From contig CAVPKK010000003.1 of NCBI GenBank assembly GCA_963705705.1, positions 32,001 through 96,000 of the forward strand: 64,000 bases of DNA, given 5' to 3'. Under the pieces are notes generated by a model. It was not told where the DNA came from. It made no database searches and was given only the letters and a program-made list of their open reading frames with translations. Shown here in pieces: positions 39,120 to 49,990 of the stretch. Source of the DNA: an uncultured bacterium. GTDB taxonomy: Bacteria; Babelota; Babeliae; Babelales; JABCYS01. The number at the start of each line of letters is the position of its first letter. Within the stretch, counting starts at the first letter, position 1. A program made the translations under genes and the position numbers.

Positions 39120-40355
39120 TCAAGCGTAATTTTGTGCAAAAACAGGAAATTCTGAAATGAAGCTTTTTACTTCACGAGCAATCTGTGCCAATCGATCGGG
39201 TTCAGCACGATAGGTAATTGCATCATCAACAAATTCAGCGATCTTTGTCATATGGTCAGTTTTTAATCCACGTGTGGTAATTGCCGGTGTTCCAAATCTG
39301 ATGCCGCTGGTAACAATAGGTGGGCTCGGGTCGAACGGGATGGTGCTGCGGCTTGCGGTGATGCCGACTGAAGCCAATAACTTTTCTGCATCGCGCCCCG
39401 AAATATTTTTTGATCGCAGATCTAGAATAAATAAGTGATTTTTGGTGCCGCCGCTTACTAAGCGGTAACCGCGTTGTTTGAACTGTTCTGCAAATTCTTG
39501 CGCGTTAAGCAAAATCTGTTTTTGATATTCAACGAACGCTACCGTCTGTGCCTCTGCAAATCCGACGGCTTTAGCAGCAATTACATTCATGAACGGACCT
39601 CCCTGAATGCCAGGCATTACCGCCTTATCAATGGCGGGGCCATGATCTTTCTTGGCCAGTATGAATGCACCGCGCGGACCGCGTAACGTTTTGTGTGTAG
39701 TACTCGTCACAATATCAGCATGAGGTATCGGATCAGGGTGCAATTTTGCGGCCACTAATCCGGCGATATGCGCCATATCAAATAAAAAGTAAGCTCCGAT
39801 TGATTTAGCAATCTGCTCAAATCGTTTGGGATCTATGAACTGCGGATATGCTGAAGCGCCAGCGATAATAAGGCGAGGTTTATGCTGCTGCGCGAGCCGT
39901 TCAATCTCTTCATAATTCAACTGCTCAGTTTCAGCATCAACCGTATAATGAACTGCCTTATAAAATGTGCCAGAGAAATTAAGTGGCATGCCGTGAGTTA
40001 AATGGCCACCGCTGCTCAGACTCATCCCCATGATAGTATCGCCTGGTCTTAATAATGCAAAATATGCTGCCTGGTTTGCTTGCGATCCTGCGTGCGACTG
40101 TACATTTGCAAATTCAGCGCCAAATAAATTTTTGCAGCGATCGATTGCTACCAACTCAACCTGGTCGACTACCTCGCAACCAGCATAATATCGTTTGCCA
40201 GGGTATCCTTCTGCATATTTATTGGTGAGTACTGAAGCAGAAGCTTCCCGTACCGAAGAACTCGTATAGTTTTCGGAAGCTATCAGATTGATGGTAGTGC
40301 GCTGCCGCTCTTCCTCTTGAGCAATGAGTTGTGCAATTTGAGGATCATTGATCAT
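39120..40355 (-). CDS. glyA: serine hydroxymethyltransferase
   Basis: LIASEN, NKYAEGYP, GGHLTHG, STTHKTLRGPRG. Confidence 0.99.
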   Translation of the reverse strand: MINDPQIAQLIAQEEERQRTTINLIASENYTSSSVREASASVLTNKYAEGYPGKRYYAGCEVVDQVELVAIDRCKNLFGAEFANVQSHAGSQANQAAYFALLRPGDTIMGMSLSSGGHLTHGMPLNFSGTFYKAVHYTVDAETEQLNYEEIERLAQQHKPRLIIAGASAYPQFIDPKRFEQIAKSIGAYFLFDMAHIAGLVAAKLHPDPIPHADIVTSTTHKTLRGPRGAFILAKKDHGPAIDKAVMPGIQGGPFMNVIAAKAVGFAEAQTVAFVEYQKQILLNAQEFAEQFKQRGYRLVSGGTKNHLFILDLRSKNISGRDAEKLLASVGITASRSTIPFDPSPPIVTSGIRFGTPAITTRGLKTDHMTKIAEFVDDAITYRAEPDRLAQIAREVKSFISEFPVFAQNYA

Positions 40356-40675
40356 GATTTCTTAATGGCAAATGCGCAAATAGCAAACATTTTGAGATCG
40401 CCTGCACCAGTATTTTTTATGTTATAGGTTGTGCCAGTTGGTAATAGAATAAGGTCATCGGGTAGGAAAGTTTCTGCGTTACCATCAATGACAATGGCGC
40501 CCTGGCCTTCCACAATGACATATAGTTTATCTTTATCTTGGTGTGCTTTTTGGCCTGTTTCTTGGCCCGCATGCAGCGATATTAAATATAAGTCGCTGAA
40601 TTTGCCCGAAGCAATTTCTTTGGTTGTTTGCGTATTTTCAATTGCCAGATCATATACGTTGCTATGAAATATCAT
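40352..40675 (-). CDS. cupin domain protein
   Basis: H..DKLYVIVEGQG...LILLPTG..NIKNTG cupin pattern. Confidence 0.8.
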   Translation of the reverse strand: MIFHSNVYDLAIENTQTTKEIASGKFSDLYLISLHAGQETGQKAHQDKDKLYVIVEGQGAIVIDGNAETFLPDDLILLPTGTTYNIKNTGAGDLKMFAICAFAIKKS

Positions 40676-40762
40676 TTTGAATTTCCTTTCTTTCCAGATG
40701 ATTAGAATAAAGCTCTTCTGAACCGCACGCTCAGAGTACAATAAATTGTAAACTCATGCCAC

Positions 40763-41689
40763 CTATTCCTGCTGCCCTTGGTGCGACTTGCCAACCGTTT
40801 TTGCAATTATATACAGCGGTCGGTGCCGAGCCTGCTCATATATGCGAATGATATACTCGCCTAATAACCAAAACATGAAAAATTGTATGCCCAGTATCAT
40901 ACAGATTGCGGCTGCCAACCACGCTGATGTAAGCAAGCTAATGATAGTGCTTATACAAAAAAGGATGCCTAAATAGAACGGAATTTTGACGGGAAAGCGA
41001 GAAAATCCAACAATTGCGTCGAATGCAATGCCACATAGTTGTTTCCATGAATAAGCGGTTTGGCCGTGCGCACGTTCTGGTTGGTCAAAATCTACATAAG
41101 TACTTTCAAATCCCGTCCAAGCAATCAGCCCGCGCAAAAAGCGAGAGCGCTCTGGCAAGGTATTAATCACATCAATAACACAGCGATCTATCAGAATGAA
41201 ATAGCCAATATGCTGGGGCATAGTAATGTCTGAGATACTATAAATCAGTTTATTAAACCAATGAGAAGTTATTTTTTTAAGCCAGCGGTCATGGCTTGCG
41301 GTGCGGCGTGCATATACAATGCGAGGGCCGGATTGCCAGGCTGCTAATAGGTGAGGAATAAGCTCAGGGGGATTTTGCATGTCGGTATCCATGGAAATGG
41401 CTGCCTCTCCACGTGCGGCGTGGTATCCAGCAGTAAGTGCCATTTGTTGACTGAAGTTGCGGCTAAAATTAATACCACAAATTCGTGAGTCTTTGGATGC
41501 CAGATTTTCGATGATGTGCCACGAGTTATCGCTGCTCCCATCATTTACGAAAATGAATTCAAAATCATAACCTTTTAAAGATGACACAGCATCGGCTAAT
41601 GCGTCATAAAATAGAGGAAGGTTTTTTTCTTCATTATAAACGGGCAGAATGATCGAAATGAGTTTCTTCACTTTTATAGTCCAAATCAC
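40763..41689 (-). CDS. GT2 polyprenol-phosphate glycosyltransferase (GtrB/YkoT-like)
   Basis: PVYNEE, VNDGSSD, FSRNF, MDTDMQNPP, RFLRGL, two C-terminal TMs, LGEYIIRIY..RPLY. Confidence 0.92.
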   Translation of the reverse strand: MIWTIKVKKLISIILPVYNEEKNLPLFYDALADAVSSLKGYDFEFIFVNDGSSDNSWHIIENLASKDSRICGINFSRNFSQQMALTAGYHAARGEAAISMDTDMQNPPELIPHLLAAWQSGPRIVYARRTASHDRWLKKITSHWFNKLIYSISDITMPQHIGYFILIDRCVIDVINTLPERSRFLRGLIAWTGFESTYVDFDQPERAHGQTAYSWKQLCGIAFDAIVGFSRFPVKIPFYLGILFCISTIISLLTSAWLAAAICMILGIQFFMFWLLGEYIIRIYEQARHRPLYIIAKTVGKSHQGQQE

Positions 41690-41817
41690 AGCAATAGGTT
41701 GGTTATGAGTCTACATTAGGGCACGCCCGATAACAATGATAGTGATAAGGTGTTTTCTTGACATGCACTGTGGCAATGTCAGGATTGTTCGAAAATCTAT
41801 TCTTTAACAGAAAACCT

Positions 41818-42773
41818 ATGAAAAGATTATTACTGTTTACGGCAGTTTTGCTTGCTCTAGGCATACCTTGCATGCGTTTTGCCAGGATCAAGAACTTATG
41901 GAAACCACGACCACCCGCGATGGAGCCATATATCACCGGTGACAATTTCAGAGCGGCATGCAATCATATTTTTGATGAGACCAAGCTTTTTTTAATCCAA
42001 GCAGAGTAACCTGCGGTGATACTGTATTTGTGGCGGCTGGGCTTCTAGATTCATTTTTCTCTTCATATCATCATCGCATCCAGCATCCGTATATTCTCAT
42101 AACTCATAATGACGATGCCAGTGTACCAGGCGGCTCTACAGCCAATGGAAGCGTACCCCACGACTTTCGTTCGTTTGTTGATGACCCAAAGATTTTTGCT
42201 TGGTTTGGCCAAAATGTTGATTTAGTGCATCCCAAATTAATTCCAATTCCTATCGGACTTCAAAACGAGCATTGGGGCGCGGGTTATCCTGCAAAAATAG
42301 TCAACATAAGCAAGCAAAAGATTGTAGATAAAAAGTATGTATTGTATGGCAATTTTCGGGTCGGCACTTCCAACCCGAAAGATCGTCAGCCGATATTTGA
42401 TTACTTTAAAAATCAGCCGTTTTGTTATTTTTCTGAAGGTCGGAAAAGTTTGGATGATTATTTATTGGATGTTGCGCAATCTAAATTTGTATTGAGCCCA
42501 CCAGGTAATGGTGAAGACTGCCACCGTACGTGGGAGGCTTTGTATTGCGGCGTTTATCCAATTGTACGAAAGTCGGCGCTAGACCAGATGTTTGCTGGCC
42601 TACCCGTGGTGATTATTGAGGATTGGGGGAAAATCACGGTCGGGTTTCTTGAGCAAAAATATCAGGAAATTACTAGCGCTATTTCCGAGGGTCGATATAC
42701 GTTTGAAAAGATGAATTTTGCCTATTGGGTTGACCGTATTAAGGCCAAACAGCAAGAATGCCGCTCTGTCTAA
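41818..42773 (+). pseudogene. exostosin/GT47-like glycosyltransferase split by a frameshift at a T7 tract
   Basis: ORFs 41818-42009 and 42030-42773 join if T7 (41987-41993) becomes T8; paralog 43847-44812 is intact; SPPGNGEDCHRTWEALY. Confidence 0.8.
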
Positions 42774-43597
42774 ATCTTATACCCAATAAGATCTTCCAGT
42801 TTTTGATCTAGTTGTGAATTGATGTATTCCAGATCAATATCAGAAATAGCCTTATAAGCTTGCGGTTCGTAAGTCTTCTCGTTTTCCCCTTTGTAGGTAT
42901 CAATAGAAGTGAATGGAGTCTTTAATTCTAGATGATATAAATAAGCAATTTCTTTTAATACTTCTTCAGGATAGTCGCGAACCGTTTCATAATTAATAAT
43001 ATAAACATTAGGCGCTCGATTGTAGATTTCCAGCATGGTTTCAATTTTCGCGCTTCTCAATGCAAAAACATTTTTAAATGGTAGCCCATCTTTAGGATTC
43101 AAATCAACCAATGGATTTTTTTGAGAGGTTATTACTGAATCTGATCTATCAAGTAGCCATTTACTCCTGATAAAAGAGGAGAAAGGAATATGCCAAAGGG
43201 ATGCTTGAGCGTGGTGGGGCAATCTATGAATGCTTCTTGCCCAATCATACGGATCGCGGAAAATAACAAGGAATAGAAAATTTTGTGTATCGGTAAAGTT
43301 ATAATATCTCGGGTCTCCGTGAAAATGTTCTGGTCCTAGTTCATACCATGGAGGAAAATGCTTGTGACCTATCGCACGTTCAACCAATTGAGTATTTTTT
43401 TTTATGAGTGAAGTTAAGTAATTGGTACCTGAACAACGCTCGCCAATCACAAAAAAATTGCTGATCTTTTCAATACTCTTGTGGGTGTCAGCAATTCCAT
43501 AATTCAGAGAAAAAAGAGCGCTGGAATTGCAAATACAAGCCAACAAAATAATAAATGTCTTGGATGAAACGTTGATTCTCTTAAAGCTTGTATTCAT
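42770..43597 (-). CDS. sulfotransferase-like protein, signal peptide
   Basis: 5'-PSB-like GERCSGTNYL, 3'-PB-like IFRDPYDW..S, INYE. Confidence 0.65.
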   Translation of the reverse strand: MNTSFKRINVSSKTFIILLACICNSSALFSLNYGIADTHKSIEKISNFFVIGERCSGTNYLTSLIKKNTQLVERAIGHKHFPPWYELGPEHFHGDPRYYNFTDTQNFLFLVIFRDPYDWARSIHRLPHHAQASLWHIPFSSFIRSKWLLDRSDSVITSQKNPLVDLNPKDGLPFKNVFALRSAKIETMLEIYNRAPNVYIINYETVRDYPEEVLKEIAYLYHLELKTPFTSIDTYKGENEKTYEPQAYKAISDIDLEYINSQLDQKLEDLIGYKI

Positions 43598-43846
43598 TTA
43601 CTTCCCTTGCTCCTAATAAAAATCTGACTTCTTACATCAAGCAGATCATAAATAGCACTTAATGTGCAAGAGTTTCATGTGAAATTCATTATTCAGAATT
43701 ATCCTTCAGTAATAATTTCTATTTTAAAGTGCATTCCCAAACACTGTATGCCAATGTATATTGGCCAGGAAAAATTTTTCACGGAAACTTCCTTTTGTCT
43801 TTCCACTGAAATGCTTCTATTCATTATTGGGTTACGAGGTGATGAA

Positions 43847-44812
43847 ATGATGACTTATATTAAATATTCTTTGATTTTATCCTTGCTTTATTGTGCTCCA
43901 TTGCCTGCGCCACATCTGAAAGAAATGCCTTTTCTTAATTCAATAAAAAATCGCAAACGAATAACAACAGGGGAGTTCATTTCAGGCGATAATTTTAGAA
44001 GTGTATGTGATCATATTTTTGATGAGACCCACCCATGGCTTGATACAGAATTCATTAAAGAAGGTGACGCAATTTTTGTAAGCGGCCATTATATCGATGA
44101 TTTTATTGGCATCTACAGCACACATATAAAGCACCCTTATATCTTAATAACACATAATTCCGACCGATCCATGCCAAGCGGGAGCACGGTAAACCAAGAT
44201 TATCTAGCGTCACCGAATCTGCATTATTTCTTGGATGATGAAAAGTTGTTTCTTTGGTTTGCCCAGAACGTAGATATGGCCCACCCTAAGTTAATTCATA
44301 TCCCAATCGGTATTGAAAATATACATTGGGGGCATAATTATGTGCATTCAATTACTGAAATTTGCAATCGACAACCAGGTATTCCAAAAAATAGGTTGCT
44401 GTCAGCTAACTTTAGCGTTGCTACCAATAAACCCGGTCGGCAGTGCGTATATGATTGGTTTAAAAATAAACCCTTCTGCTTCTTCCCAGGGCAAAAGAAC
44501 ATTCGAGACTATTTGATCGACGTAGCACAATCAAAGTTCATTTTGAGTCCACCGGGTAATGGACTGGATTGTCATAGGACATGGGAAGCTTTATATGTAG
44601 GCACCATTCCAATTGTCCAGTCTTCCACATTAGATCCCTTGTTTGAAGATTTGCCGGTAGCAATTGTGCCAAAGTGGGCAGATGTCACGGAAGAGTTCCT
44701 CAATAAAAAGTATGCAGAAATGACTAATACATCATATAATCTGGAAAAACTATATTTTCCATATTGGGTAAATTTGATCAAAGTTTGTCAAACTAGATGT
44801 AGATTGGGGTAA
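43847..44812 (+). CDS. exostosin/GT47-like glycosyltransferase, signal peptide
   Basis: LITHNSD, WFAQN, IPIGIEN, SPPGNGLDCHRTWEALYVGTIPIV. Confidence 0.8.
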   Translation: MMTYIKYSLILSLLYCAPLPAPHLKEMPFLNSIKNRKRITTGEFISGDNFRSVCDHIFDETHPWLDTEFIKEGDAIFVSGHYIDDFIGIYSTHIKHPYILITHNSDRSMPSGSTVNQDYLASPNLHYFLDDEKLFLWFAQNVDMAHPKLIHIPIGIENIHWGHNYVHSITEICNRQPGIPKNRLLSANFSVATNKPGRQCVYDWFKNKPFCFFPGQKNIRDYLIDVAQSKFILSPPGNGLDCHRTWEALYVGTIPIVQSSTLDPLFEDLPVAIVPKWADVTEEFLNKKYAEMTNTSYNLEKLYFPYWVNLIKVCQTRCRLG

Positions 44813-44826
44813 GTACTATATATAAA

Positions 44827-45843
44827 TCAGGAATGGTTTGATCTATACAAATTTTTCGATCTATCAGCTTTTCTATTTCTTCTATATTTATTCGATCCAT
44901 TAGCCTTTTTACTGTTTATGCATTCATATGAATGGCATGAGACGTAGTCGTATTTCTTATGGAGGTCATCGGCACTGGAAAAATCTCCGAAAGAGACGTT
45001 CGCCCATTTAAGTGGTCGTAGTTTTACTTGATCCGTTTTTGAAAAGGCAAAGTTGAAATAGATTTCATATTCAGACATTGATGACCCCGGCAGTTCTTTA
45101 AGATCAATGCATCTCGCTATAGCTCGCCATGGCTCTATCCCATGGATTTGTTCAATGACCCCTAACAAATCTTCCAAAATAGCCCGCTGCAGAAGCATAT
45201 GATGGGATATTCCAGAGTAGTGTAAATATAATTTTTTAAATCCTGGCAAAAGCCTTTTTGCATGTTCGAAATAGGGCATATGATATTCAGTCCCAGGATT
45301 AAATAGTGCATGGCCATCATTATCTATAAATTCCGTTTCTTTTAAAAAAATGGTATCGGCATCAATAACTAAAACACTCGAAGATAGTCCTGGAATAACA
45401 AAAGGAGCATATAATTTAAGAAATTGTTGGTATATCCAGCCAATGCGAGATTGTGATTCATCCATATATGCCTGCATCTGTTCCCAATCATTGTTGAAAA
45501 TTTCCAGGGCTACAGCTTCCTTGCTAAACGGATATAAATTCTCATCGAACCACTCCGCATCTTCAGTTAGCTTTTGCTCTGAAACTACAATAATTCTGCG
45601 TATATTCTTGCCATGAGTTTTTATGCCATTAATTGCCAAAGGCAAGGTGCGTAAATCTTTTGGGTGAGTTATAAAAACGACGTCTATAGGCTCGTTGGTA
45701 AGTTGATATGTTTTCTTTTTATTAAAAATATCGTGGGAGGCCAGTACCTTGCAGAGTCCGCTATCGAAAAGTAAAACTGCAACGCATGGTAGTATGAATG
45801 ATAGGTGATAAAATTGTCGAATAAAAATCATAGCCTTCCTCAT
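44827..45843 (-). CDS. GT-A-like protein (DUF6492-like), N-terminal anchor
   Basis: GWIYQQFLKL, VIDADTIF (DxD), SEYEIY. Confidence 0.65.
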   Translation of the reverse strand: MRKAMIFIRQFYHLSFILPCVAVLLFDSGLCKVLASHDIFNKKKTYQLTNEPIDVVFITHPKDLRTLPLAINGIKTHGKNIRRIIVVSEQKLTEDAEWFDENLYPFSKEAVALEIFNNDWEQMQAYMDESQSRIGWIYQQFLKLYAPFVIPGLSSSVLVIDADTIFLKETEFIDNDGHALFNPGTEYHMPYFEHAKRLLPGFKKLYLHYSGISHHMLLQRAILEDLLGVIEQIHGIEPWRAIARCIDLKELPGSSMSEYEIYFNFAFSKTDQVKLRPLKWANVSFGDFSSADDLHKKYDYVSCHSYECINSKKANGSNKYRRNRKADRSKNLYRSNHS

Positions 45844-46163
45844 TTGATATCATCTTATTGATTCATTCACTAAAACTCTTTGCTGTTGGCTTAATGGTGC
45901 CGCAGCATACGTCTCTGTAACCATATTTCTTGCACTAGCAACGTTCTAATACCTTTGCCCCCGTTTATCTTTTTTGTCGCGTGCTAAGTTACTTTGTATA
46001 AAGGTTCTTTCAATCAACAATCTTCATATACTTGATTATTTCATTGACCATAGCATAAAATATTTTTGTCGTATGTAGGAAGTAATCAAAGTAATTGAAG
46101 AATAGATTTTCGATTTGCATGGGACTTTTGGCGATAATAATCGCATAAAAAGGGAGAGAGCGC

Positions 46164-47168
46164 ATGAAGTTTATGGTGGACAAAGTATCTTTTTGCCCAA
46201 TGATGATTTGTTTCATTTTTATGCTGCGTGCTAATAGCGGCGAAATCCCTGCCCAAGAAAGCTTTCGTATTGATGATCATCAATACTTAGAGCAGGGCAA
46301 CGATATATTTGCATACAATGCGATTCAGATTCCCGGTAATTTAAAAATTTTTGATAATCCTGTGGAAGAAGCATTGAAATATCACAGCCCCTATCCGGCA
46401 GCGAATGCCGAGACGGCCCCTGATGATTTTATTTCAAAATATTTTGTGCCCTATATGCTTCGGCCGGAAAGGTTTTTGCCACTCCGCAATTTGTATGAAA
46501 AGTATAATTTGGCGAGGATTAAACCATCCAATAATTTTATTATTCCGCCAATCATCCACCAAATTTGGGTAGGCCCTAATTCACGTGAACGTTTTGATCG
46601 GTTGCGACAGACATGGATCCAGAATCATCCAGGTTGGGTTTATAAGCTATGGACTGATGAAGATGTTAAAAAACTGAAGCTTATAAATCAAAAGTACTAT
46701 GACCAGGTTACCTGCTATGCAGAAAAGGCTGATATTTTACGGTATGAATTGCTTTACCTATTTGGTGGTGTGTACGCTGACATCGACAGTGAATCAATAA
46801 TTCCGCTCGACATTCTGAATTATTCTTATGAATTCTATGGAGGCTTAGAGGAGGACTATAGCTGGGGTATGCTTATTAATGGCTCTTTAGCATGTATTCC
46901 TGGCCATCCTATAATTGGTAAGGCAATAGAATCAATTCCGAATCGTATAGATAATTTAAAATTTAAAATCCCTTATAGTACTGGACCCACGTGCTTATCT
47001 AATGCCATGCTAAATGTTTTGCCAACATTGCAGGATAGGCCGATTATTGCATTACCAACTGCCTATCTATATGGCAGACTGCAGTCTCCGGATTGGAGTC
47101 GCCCTGCCAATTTGAAGCCTTATTGCTTTGTAGCGCATGCAAATGCACATTCGTGGAAAAAGAAATAA
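46164..47168 (+). CDS. GT32 (Och1/Gly_transf_sug) glycosyltransferase
   Basis: IPPIIHQIW, ADILRYELLYLFGGVYADID, TGP. Confidence 0.88.
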   Translation: MKFMVDKVSFCPMMICFIFMLRANSGEIPAQESFRIDDHQYLEQGNDIFAYNAIQIPGNLKIFDNPVEEALKYHSPYPAANAETAPDDFISKYFVPYMLRPERFLPLRNLYEKYNLARIKPSNNFIIPPIIHQIWVGPNSRERFDRLRQTWIQNHPGWVYKLWTDEDVKKLKLINQKYYDQVTCYAEKADILRYELLYLFGGVYADIDSESIIPLDILNYSYEFYGGLEEDYSWGMLINGSLACIPGHPIIGKAIESIPNRIDNLKFKIPYSTGPTCLSNAMLNVLPTLQDRPIIALPTAYLYGRLQSPDWSRPANLKPYCFVAHANAHSWKKK

Positions 47169-47207
47169 TTGCCATTTCTGCATCTTGCATCGGGGAAATT
47201 CTTCCAA

Positions 47208-48014
47208 TCAGGAAATTTTGTATCCAATACGTTCTTCCAACTTTTTATCCAGTTGTGAATTAATATATTCCAGATCAAGATCTGAGATTGGCTTATAAGC
47301 TATCGGCTTGAAATTTGTTTTTCCAGCTCCTTTGTAGCTATCTATAGCAGTATATGACGACTTTAATTGTAAATTGTATAAATGAGCAATTTCTTTTAAT
47401 ACTTGTTCCGGATAATCGCGAACTATCTCATAATTAATATAATAAACATTTGGTGCTCGGTTCTGGATTTCCAGCATATCTTCAATTTTTCTACTCCTTA
47501 AAGCAAAAATATTTTTAAATGGTAACCCATCTTTCGGATTTAGATCGAGTAAGGGGTAATTTTCCACCGCAGTAACTGATGGATCAATGAGCCAGGGCTC
47601 CCTGATAAAAGATGAAAAAGATAAATTCAAAAGAGACTTATGAGCATGATGAGGCTGTATATGAAAACTTCGCACCCAGTCATAAGGGTCGCGGAAGATA
47701 ACAAGAAATAGAAAATCTTCGGTATTATTAAAATGATAATATCTAGCATCCCCATGATAATATTCAGGGCCTAGTTCATACCAAGGAGGAAAATGTTTTT
47801 GTCCTATACGGCATTTAATTAATTGAGTATTTTCGCTTATGAGTGAAGTTAAGAAATTTGTTCCTGAACATCGCTCACCAATCACAAAAAAATTAATAAT
47901 TTTTTCAACATGCTTGTTCTTGGCAATAATTCCATACTCTAATGAAAAAAGAGAGCTCGAATAACTTAGGGAAATCAACAAAGCAACAAGAATGTGGGAT
48001 GGCCTACTCATCAT
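47208..48014 (-). CDS. sulfotransferase-like protein, signal peptide (paralog of 42770-43597)
   Basis: GERCSGTNFL, KHFPPWYELG, IFRDPYDW. Confidence 0.65.
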   Translation of the reverse strand: MMSRPSHILVALLISLSYSSSLFSLEYGIIAKNKHVEKIINFFVIGERCSGTNFLTSLISENTQLIKCRIGQKHFPPWYELGPEYYHGDARYYHFNNTEDFLFLVIFRDPYDWVRSFHIQPHHAHKSLLNLSFSSFIREPWLIDPSVTAVENYPLLDLNPKDGLPFKNIFALRSRKIEDMLEIQNRAPNVYYINYEIVRDYPEQVLKEIAHLYNLQLKSSYTAIDSYKGAGKTNFKPIAYKPISDLDLEYINSQLDKKLEERIGYKIS

Positions 48015-48037
48015 TAGAATCTCCTATCGTAATTTTA

Positions 48038-48877
48038 TCAAGTGGCAGCATTGGTAAAATCGCCAAGACGATTGTAGGGTTTTCTTCCCAAGACAGAATT
48101 GCCAAGCTTTATTTGCAATTTGCCGTCTTTTCGGAAATCACTTAAGTTGTTTGTCATATTGTATATATACGTGACTTCAGGAATGAAGGCATGTCGCTCA
48201 CCTGCCATTTCTAACATTGGGAACATCATAGCCCAATCCCATGCCATAGGATAAAATTTGCCTTCATACATTAAGTCATCGACGGAAATTCTCTTGAATA
48301 GACCTGCATAGAAAGTTCGCAATTGGGAAAAGTAAGTGCTCGGTTTATATTGTCTAAAACCATTTCGTTCGATGACGTCTTTTGGCACCGCTCTACAAAA
48401 TCCTTTTTCGTGCGATGGCCATCTTTCAAATTGGCCATACGTAAGCCATACACCATGGTCGCTGTATTCCTTATCGAGCCGAGTTAAAACATTTTCATGT
48501 GGAAGCCAATCATCCCCATCAAGTTGGACAACAACGATCTCATCTGGGCATGCGTGAATAGCTTTATATAAATTTTCTAAAGCCCCTAAACGCTGGGTGT
48601 TATGAATGACCGTTACATGATTTTGTAATTGATGCGCAGCAATAAATTCATCAATTAATTTCGCAGTGGAGTCGGTTGAGCAATCGTTAATATAGGTAAT
48701 ATGAAAATCTTGATAGTTTTGTTGGACAGCTGAACGTAAATTATCGATGCACCATCGTTCATTATTGTATGATGTTATAATAATTTCGAACGTGGTTGGC
48801 AGAATAGAAGCTGTCCAAGAAAAAATTAAGAAATAGATAAGTTTTTGGTATCTGGGCGTGAACGATTGATTCTTCAT
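48038..48877 (-). CDS. GT2 glycosyltransferase, signal peptide
   Basis: SYNN, INDCSTD, LDGDDW, WLTYG, PMLEMAG. Confidence 0.88.
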   Translation of the reverse strand: MKNQSFTPRYQKLIYFLIFSWTASILPTTFEIIITSYNNERWCIDNLRSAVQQNYQDFHITYINDCSTDSTAKLIDEFIAAHQLQNHVTVIHNTQRLGALENLYKAIHACPDEIVVVQLDGDDWLPHENVLTRLDKEYSDHGVWLTYGQFERWPSHEKGFCRAVPKDVIERNGFRQYKPSTYFSQLRTFYAGLFKRISVDDLMYEGKFYPMAWDWAMMFPMLEMAGERHAFIPEVTYIYNMTNNLSDFRKDGKLQIKLGNSVLGRKPYNRLGDFTNAAT

Positions 48878-48976
48878 TTCATATCCTTATTAAAATTATA
48901 AAGTAATTATATTTTATAGAGAAGGGGCAATCAAGGGTACCATAGGCTTAGGGGATTAAAGTAGCGGCGATGCGGT

Positions 48977-49990
48977 TTACTCTGGAACCTTGGGATTGTT
49001 AGTCCAAGATCCTGCATCAACATGGGCGACAAATGTATACGGGGCGGCATTTTTGGGCCCGCTCCAGTCAGGTAGCATGTCCGCATGCAAGTATGCTTTG
49101 GGAAATACTATAAACGGTGTCTCAAAAAATATATAAGGCAAAATGCTTATTAATGCATCTGTCAGGCATAATGGGCCAGTACTATATGGCACCTCCATGT
49201 GTAATGCATTAATGCGATTGGGAATAGACTCTATTGCTGCACGAATGATAGGGTGGTTTGGGGCTGCGCCAATAGTACCGTTAATGAGCCAAGCATCGAT
49301 ATTGTCGTTCCACCCACCATAAAATGTATAACAACGATGCAATATATCCAGCGGCGTAACAGATTCAGTGTCCATATCTACATAAACGCCACCAAATAAA
49401 TATAAAAGTTCATAACGCAAAATATCTGCTTTTTCAGCAAAGTTACTTGCACTATCGTAATATGCTTGATTAATCAGTTTGAGCTGTTGTACATCTTCGT
49501 CGGTCCATAATTTATAAATCCAACCTGGATGCTTCTTTAACCATGTTTGTCGCATTCGTTCAAATTGTTTATGCGATTTAGGGCCCACCCAGATTTGATG
49601 AATTATCGGAGGTATAAGATAGGTGCTTGCTGGTTTTATATTTGCTAAATTATTTTTGATATAGATGAGATTGAATAATTGATATCTACTTGGCCGTGAT
49701 ATGGCCGGAGAAAAATAGGCTTCATGTGTACGGTAACTAAAGCGATTGAAGGCTGGAAAATGAGAATGGTATTTTACTGCCTCACCTTTTGGATCTTCGA
49801 AATAGATTAAATCACCAGGGATAGATATTGCATTGTAGGCAAATATATTCCTGCCTTGCTCTAAATAATTCTGATTGGTAATACTCAGCGTTGAACTATT
49901 GAAAGGGATCGCATCGGTGAAAGCAAAAACCTGAAAAATGGGGCAAGATAAAACAAAGAAAAATAAGGATTTTATGGATCTGATATTCAT
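48977..49990 (-). CDS. GT32 glycosyltransferase, signal peptide (paralog of 46164-47168)
   Basis: IPPIIHQIW, ADILRYELLYLFGGVYVDMD. Confidence 0.88.
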   Translation of the reverse strand: MNIRSIKSLFFFVLSCPIFQVFAFTDAIPFNSSTLSITNQNYLEQGRNIFAYNAISIPGDLIYFEDPKGEAVKYHSHFPAFNRFSYRTHEAYFSPAISRPSRYQLFNLIYIKNNLANIKPASTYLIPPIIHQIWVGPKSHKQFERMRQTWLKKHPGWIYKLWTDEDVQQLKLINQAYYDSASNFAEKADILRYELLYLFGGVYVDMDTESVTPLDILHRCYTFYGGWNDNIDAWLINGTIGAAPNHPIIRAAIESIPNRINALHMEVPYSTGPLCLTDALISILPYIFFETPFIVFPKAYLHADMLPDWSGPKNAAPYTFVAHVDAGSWTNNPKVPE

